A DNA stretch of 64,000 nt from assembly GCF_009914755.1 (NCBI RefSeq), contig NC_060925.1, one strand, 5' to 3'. Both the position numbers and the translations under genes were made by a program. Within the stretch, counting starts at the first letter, position 1. Each line of letters opens with the position of its first letter. Origin of the DNA: the human T2T-CHM13v2.0 reference genome, Homo sapiens. Positions 58,692-64,000 of this stretch are shown here, in pieces. The notes beneath the pieces are model-generated. The model had not been told where the DNA came from and ran no database searches. It worked only from the letters and a program-made list of their open reading frames with translations.

Positions 58692-59621
58692 GCAAGACTT
58701 CAGTTAACTTTAAGGCAGTTGGTTCAGTGATTATGTAATCTCAGCCTTGGATTAGGACTCTTCAGATTGGGAGGACTGTGACCCAAGTCTTTAATTTCAT
58801 TCTGTGCCTGGGCAAGTCATTGACTTTCACTGGGATTTTTTTTTTCCCCACGTCTAGAAACTTAAGTTGGCAATTAACTTTCTCAAAGAACTTATGTGAG
58901 AATTAATGAGACCCAAAAATTGCATCTTTAACATGATAGCTAACCTTTATTAGTTATAGTCTTCATGCTGGGTCAGGTACTGTTTTAAGATCCTAATGGA
59001 TATTAACTCATTGGATCCTCACAAGTCCATGAGGTACTTTCTATTATTCCTTTTTATAGAGGAGGAAACAGACTTCTGAAGCTAAGTAACTTGTCCAAGC
59101 TAACATAGCTAATAAGTAGCAGATCCAGTATCAACCTAGGCAGTATGGCTCCATTCCTCCACCATGTGCCATCAGTTAGTACAGAAATAGAAACCATCGC
59201 TATGATAGCAAATATAGTGTTTAGTATTCCTTTCAGCTTATCGTTTTATGCTTCCCCCTGTTAAGTTACACTGGGGAGAAAACAAATAAATGAACTGAGT
59301 GTCCATTTATCCTCATCTAACATTAATTGTTACATGCCCTGAACAAATAGGAAAAAGACTTATTTCAGAAAACAATATGTATGTAAGTGGCCACCAGAGA
59401 TAGTTTTCTGTATGGTTTGTATTCATTCCTGGGACATGTATTTAGAGACTTCTGTGTAGCAGGCCTGTGCTAGATCTGGTAAAACAAAAATGAGTAAAAC
59501 ATGATACTTATTCTCAAGAATCTCACACCTCCTTCTTCTATGATAGATTCTTATAAGCCCTTTGATATTTAGCAGAGGCATTTCTTTCCTCCAGAAGCTT
59601 ACAGTGTCCTTTCTGCATTAG

Positions 59622-59816
59622 GATCTTAGTGCAACACTGCTCTGCAAACTTGGACCAGGGCAGAGTGAGATAGCAGAGGAGCTGTGCCAGCGTCTACAGC
59701 GAAAGGAAAGGATGCTGCAGGACCTTCTAAGTGATCGAAATAAACAAGTGCTGGAACATGAAATGGAGATTCAAGGCCTGCTTCAGTCTGTGAGCACCAG
59801 GGAGCAGGAAAGCCAA
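59622..59816 (+). CDS. PDE4DIP: PDE4DIP exon, DLSATLLCKLG...REQESQ
   Basis: cattag acceptor and gtaagg donor; 195 nt. Confidence 0.95.
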
Positions 59817-59968
59817 GTAAGGATTAATGCACAGATCAGACAAGTGTCATGTAGTGCATTTATAGTCTGCAAATAGGAAGCATTTGCAGACTATAGATGT
59901 GTGTATATTTATATATTTTACCGTCAACTCTGTTAGTTTCTTTCCTTCTATTTATTACCTAAACCACA

Positions 59969-60111
59969 GTTTTATTTATTTACTTACTTATTTAGAGATG
60001 GGGGTTTCGCTGTGTTGCACAGGCTGGTCTCAAACTCCTGGGCTCAAGCAATCATCCTGCCTTGGCTTCCCAAAGTGCTGGGACTATACGTGTGAGCTGC
60101 TGCGCCTGGCC
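59969..60111 (-). mobile_element. FLAM-type monomer with TSD accacagtttta
   Basis: monomer with flanking repeat. Confidence 0.88.
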
Positions 60112-60388
60112 TTAGACCACAGTTTTACATTAATCATCAAAGTATGACACATTTCTTGAAAACCTTGCATTTGGAAGGGTGCCTAAACAATACATGTATC
60201 CATTAACTTCATTACATACATTTTCTTTTCCTTAATAATCTGATAATTTTGAGAGAAAGGAGTAGGGGTTGTGAGTGTTTCGATTTTGATTCTAAATTGT
60301 TAAGACTTGAGTGATATTTTGCATTTCCAGTCAAGGTATGGGAAAACTTACACTCAACATGTTTACTCTTAGTTTTTGTAAAATCTGA

Positions 60389-60804
<416 letters not shown>

Positions 60805-61295
60805 TAATTTTTCCTCATTTCTATGTGTTTTCTCCTCAAGGCTAAAAACTCTTAGTTGACTTGTGCTGCATTTCAGATACCAGTAGCTCAGAATCCCCGT
60901 AGTCAGTTTTTAGAGGAAGATAGACTCTTTTTTGCCTATGTTATTTGACCCCATAATATTTTCTTATGTTTTCTTATGTTGTGAAAGGATTATACTCCAC
61001 TATTCTAATTGTTAGGCCCACTGAAGTAAATACACATCTTTCTAGAAAGGTCCTGCTGTGTGCTTCAGAAATTGTTTCTAAAATAGACCTAACAAAATTA
61101 TTCTAAATTATTTAAATCTTTGGCAAGAGGCTAGGATCTTTGAGTTTTCTTTTTAACTTCTTTGTGATTTGGGACAATTGGTCTTTATTATACCTCAGAA
61201 AAAAAATTATGCACTGCTGGTAATAGAATAATGGAGATGATGGAAATTACAGGAGATTTTTCAACTCAAGAAGATTAATGGTTGTATTCTTCTAG

Positions 61296-61483
61296 ATCTG
61301 CTTCTCTAAATTTACGTGCAAAAGAAATCACCTGAATAGCTTTTTAAAGATGTAGATTGTGGAGCTCAACTCCAGAGAAAGAAATTACGAGGTATAGGTG
61401 GGACTTAAGAATTTGCATTTCTAACAAGTTTCCAGGTGATAGTGATGCTGCAGGTTCGGGGACTGCATTGGAGGAGCACTGCT
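61296..61483. mobile_element. MER5A-like
   Basis: gaatttgcatttctaacaagtttccaggtgat motif. Confidence 0.75.
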
Positions 61484-62224
61484 AAAAACTCTTAAATACT
61501 ACGAGAAAAGGAGTGCCAAGGCAGATAGAGCACAGTATATATCTTGTATATTATTTATTATGTTTTTTCCCCACAGTTTTCACAGATATTTTTATTAAGG
61601 TACTTTAATAATATTCTGATACGTCTAAAATAGTTAAATTCAAATCTCCAAAGAGCCCAAATTTTACTTACTGAAAAGTGGAAGGTTTTTTCATATTTCC
61701 CCTAGAAATTGTGACAAGAGCTCAGCTTCTGCCCTAAAACAATAGTACTTTTCCTCAGAGACAGTTGGTGTTATGATTCATCATCTTAGACCCTCAGTAA
61801 TTTTAATATCAATTTATTATTTCCAGATTTTCTGTTTAAATGCAGACTTCCTGTGCATTAATAGTTAAAAATGTTCTAGATCTTTCCCTTAGTGTGTCAT
61901 CATCTGTCTTAGAAAACTGGGATTTGAAATGAAACAAGCTGAGTTGGGTGATTTTGAGGTTGAGATTATCCTAATCATGTGGTCTGATAAACATGTTTAT
62001 GTGCGTAATTGATTCATTCAGTAAATATGTAGTGTGTGCCTATTATGTGCCAGACACCGTCCTGGGTGCTTGAGATTCAGCACCAAATTGCCTTTAGGAA
62101 ACTTACATTCCATGTAGGGGAAGCAGAGAGAGAGATCTATTAGATAATGGTAAGTGCATCGAAAAAAAATTAAGCACAGTAAGAAGTGTTGGAGATAGAG
62201 AAGAGATTGCTGGGTTTTAAAAAA

Positions 62225-62480
62225 AATTTTTTCCCAGCTTTATTAAAGTATAATTGACAAATATTGTATATACTCAAGGTGTACAGCATGATGTGTTGAT
62301 ATACATATACATTTTGAAGTGATTGCCACAAATTAACACATCCGTCACTACACATTTTATGCGTGTATGGTGAAACCACTTAAGATCTACTCTCTTAGCA
62401 AATTTCAAGTAAATAATACAGTATTATTAACTAAAGTCACCATGCTATCATTGGATCCCCAAAACATATTCATCTTATAC
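62225..62480 (-). mobile_element. L1MA-type 3' end inserted in an L2
   Basis: cagctttattaaagtataattgacaaa...cacttaagatctactctcttagcaaatttcaagt; agattgctg on both flanks. Confidence 0.82.
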
Positions 62481-62966
62481 TTTGGCCAGCAAGATTGCTG
62501 TTTTGGATAGGATACGCAGGAAAGACCAACCTGATAAGGTGACATTTGGCAAAGACCTGAAGGGAGCAAACCACACAAATGTTTGAGTGAAAAGGAATCC
62601 ACCCCTAAGAAGCAACTATCCGAGAATAAAGACATTTGTTATACTAATTCAAACCAGAATCTTAACACCTTAGCCTGATAGTTGTAGCAGAACCTATTTC
62701 AGATTCTCTTATCTGTTACAGATGTGTTAAATTCAGTTTTTTTTTCCCAATATTCTGCCTATGAGACTTTCTTTCCATTCACTTAACTCTGTTTTTCCCT
62801 GTAAACTGAAAGCAAGGAAACTATTTCCTAAGGACCCACTGTTTTTTGTTGTTGTCATTGTTGTTTGTTTTTTACAAATGGTTGACTTTGAAGAAATAAT
62901 ACCAGAACAAAAAATTTGTTTTACTAGAATATCTTTATAATGTTATTTGTGATTTCCTCTTACTAG

Positions 62967-63131
62967 GCTGCTGCAGAGAAGTTGGTGCAAGCCTTAATGG
63001 AAAGAAATTCAGAATTACAGGCCCTGCGCCAATATTTAGGAGGGAGAGACTCCCTGATGTCCCAAGCACCCATCTCTAACCAACAAGCTGAAGTTACCCC
63101 CACTGGCTGTCTTGGAAAACAGACTGATCAA
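62967..63131 (+). CDS. PDE4DIP: PDE4DIP exon, AAAEKLVQALME...GKQTDQ
   Basis: actag acceptor and gtaaga donor; 165 nt. Confidence 0.95.
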
Positions 63132-63297
63132 GTAAGAACTATAGACTTACATAATTCATGCTGATTCCATTTCCTTTTTACATTTGAGGTGTAAGTTTGA
63201 TAATTTTAATACCAAATTCTGAGAATATTCTCAGTACTGTCATTGTGATCATAGTTCCTGCATCTTCCTAAGTCCCCTGACTTTTGCAATTTTTTAG

Positions 63298-63379
63298 GGT
63301 TCAATGCAGATACCTTCCAGAGATGATAGCACTTCATTGACTGCCAAAGAGGATGTCAGCATACCCAGATCCACATTAG
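63298..63379 (+). CDS. PDE4DIP: PDE4DIP exon, GSMQIPSRDDS...PRSTL(G)
   Basis: tttttag acceptor and gtaagt donor; 82 nt; phase 0 in, phase 1 out. Confidence 0.95.
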
Positions 63380-63964
63380 GTAAGTATCAAATTTCATTTC
63401 ATTAAGGGACTTTGTTTTTCTCTTGTTTTTTCTTCTAGTAATCTCTGTATTATAGGTTTGGCCAAGACTCTTTTCTCTTCCTACCTTAATAGAACAAATA
63501 AGTTTGGAATTCCTCTGAAAGGCTGAAGAACTGTCCTTACCTTATGTTGAGTTGAGCTGATTGCTCTGGGTTCACAATTCGGCCCAGAGAAATTCTATCC
63601 TTACTCTCCTTTTCAGATAGCTTTGCAGGGATTCAGAAATGCAGGAGGTAATTGTTCCAATCCTGCACAGCAGGGCCATGAGCTGACACCTTTTCCTGGG
63701 TATCGTTTCAAGTCTGGGGCCACTCACTGTAACTTGACATCACCTACTAATGTTATATATATATATAATGTTAGCATAGTTTGATAGTTTCTGGCACAAT
63801 AAGATGTTCTATGATTACCTTTTGCTTTACCTGCCTCAGTCCCAGAATCAGCCATTATCCTAAAGAGCTCCCTGGTTCCTTTTGGTGGGTAATGGCATTC
63901 AGAAACTATGATCTGGACACAAGATGTGTTCATTGCTACATGAATGCCTTTTGCTTCTAGGACC

Positions 63965-64000
63965 TTTTTTTTTTTTGAGACGGAGTCTCGCTCTGTCACC
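63965..64000 (-). mobile_element. Alu 3' end, continues beyond the window
   Basis: T-run followed by gagacggagtctcgctctgtcacc. Confidence 0.9.

Noticed and set aside
61604-61625. tttaataatattctgatacgtc resembling U2 nt ~53-70
   Set aside because: Too short, gapped and AT-rich, with no TSD; likely chance.

Overview
Human (primate) genomic DNA from inside PDE4DIP (myomegalin, 1q21 segmental-duplication region), with the gene on the + strand. Four coding exons of the CM1-type isoforms lie at 19996-28663. A CpG-island promoter drives the large alternative first exon of the EB1-binding SMYLE/MMG8 isoform (CDS 43572-44696). Eleven shared coiled-coil exons follow at 51441-63379. All junctions keep an open frame, and the W560 and R622 codons are intact, consistent with the functional gene rather than a stop-carrying paralogue. 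The introns are filled with Alu, L1, L2, MIR, MaLR LTRs and DNA transposons, plus two tiny tailless retropseudogenes with target-site duplications (U2 snRNA 5' end and 5S rRNA 5' end). No prokaryote-type system (CRISPR, operon) is present, and nearly all other ORF-track entries are repeat-derived noise. The best leads are: (1) a ZAD/zf-AD-like C4 zinc-finger signature at the SMYLE N-terminus; (2) a ~155 bp, ~93% identical inverted duplication, extended by inverted Alus, that brackets the frame-shifting 118-nt exon; (3) a GC-AG intron with a competing stronger-looking acceptor that would add KLTVSFLH-stop; (4) a candidate upstream first exon whose uORF stop overlaps a downstream ATG (AUGA); (5) Alu-bracketed blocks of phase-0 exons that would circularise into stop-less ORFs. 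Residue numbers follow the canonical myomegalin sequence as I recall it. Repeat family names are by eye, not from RepeatMasker.
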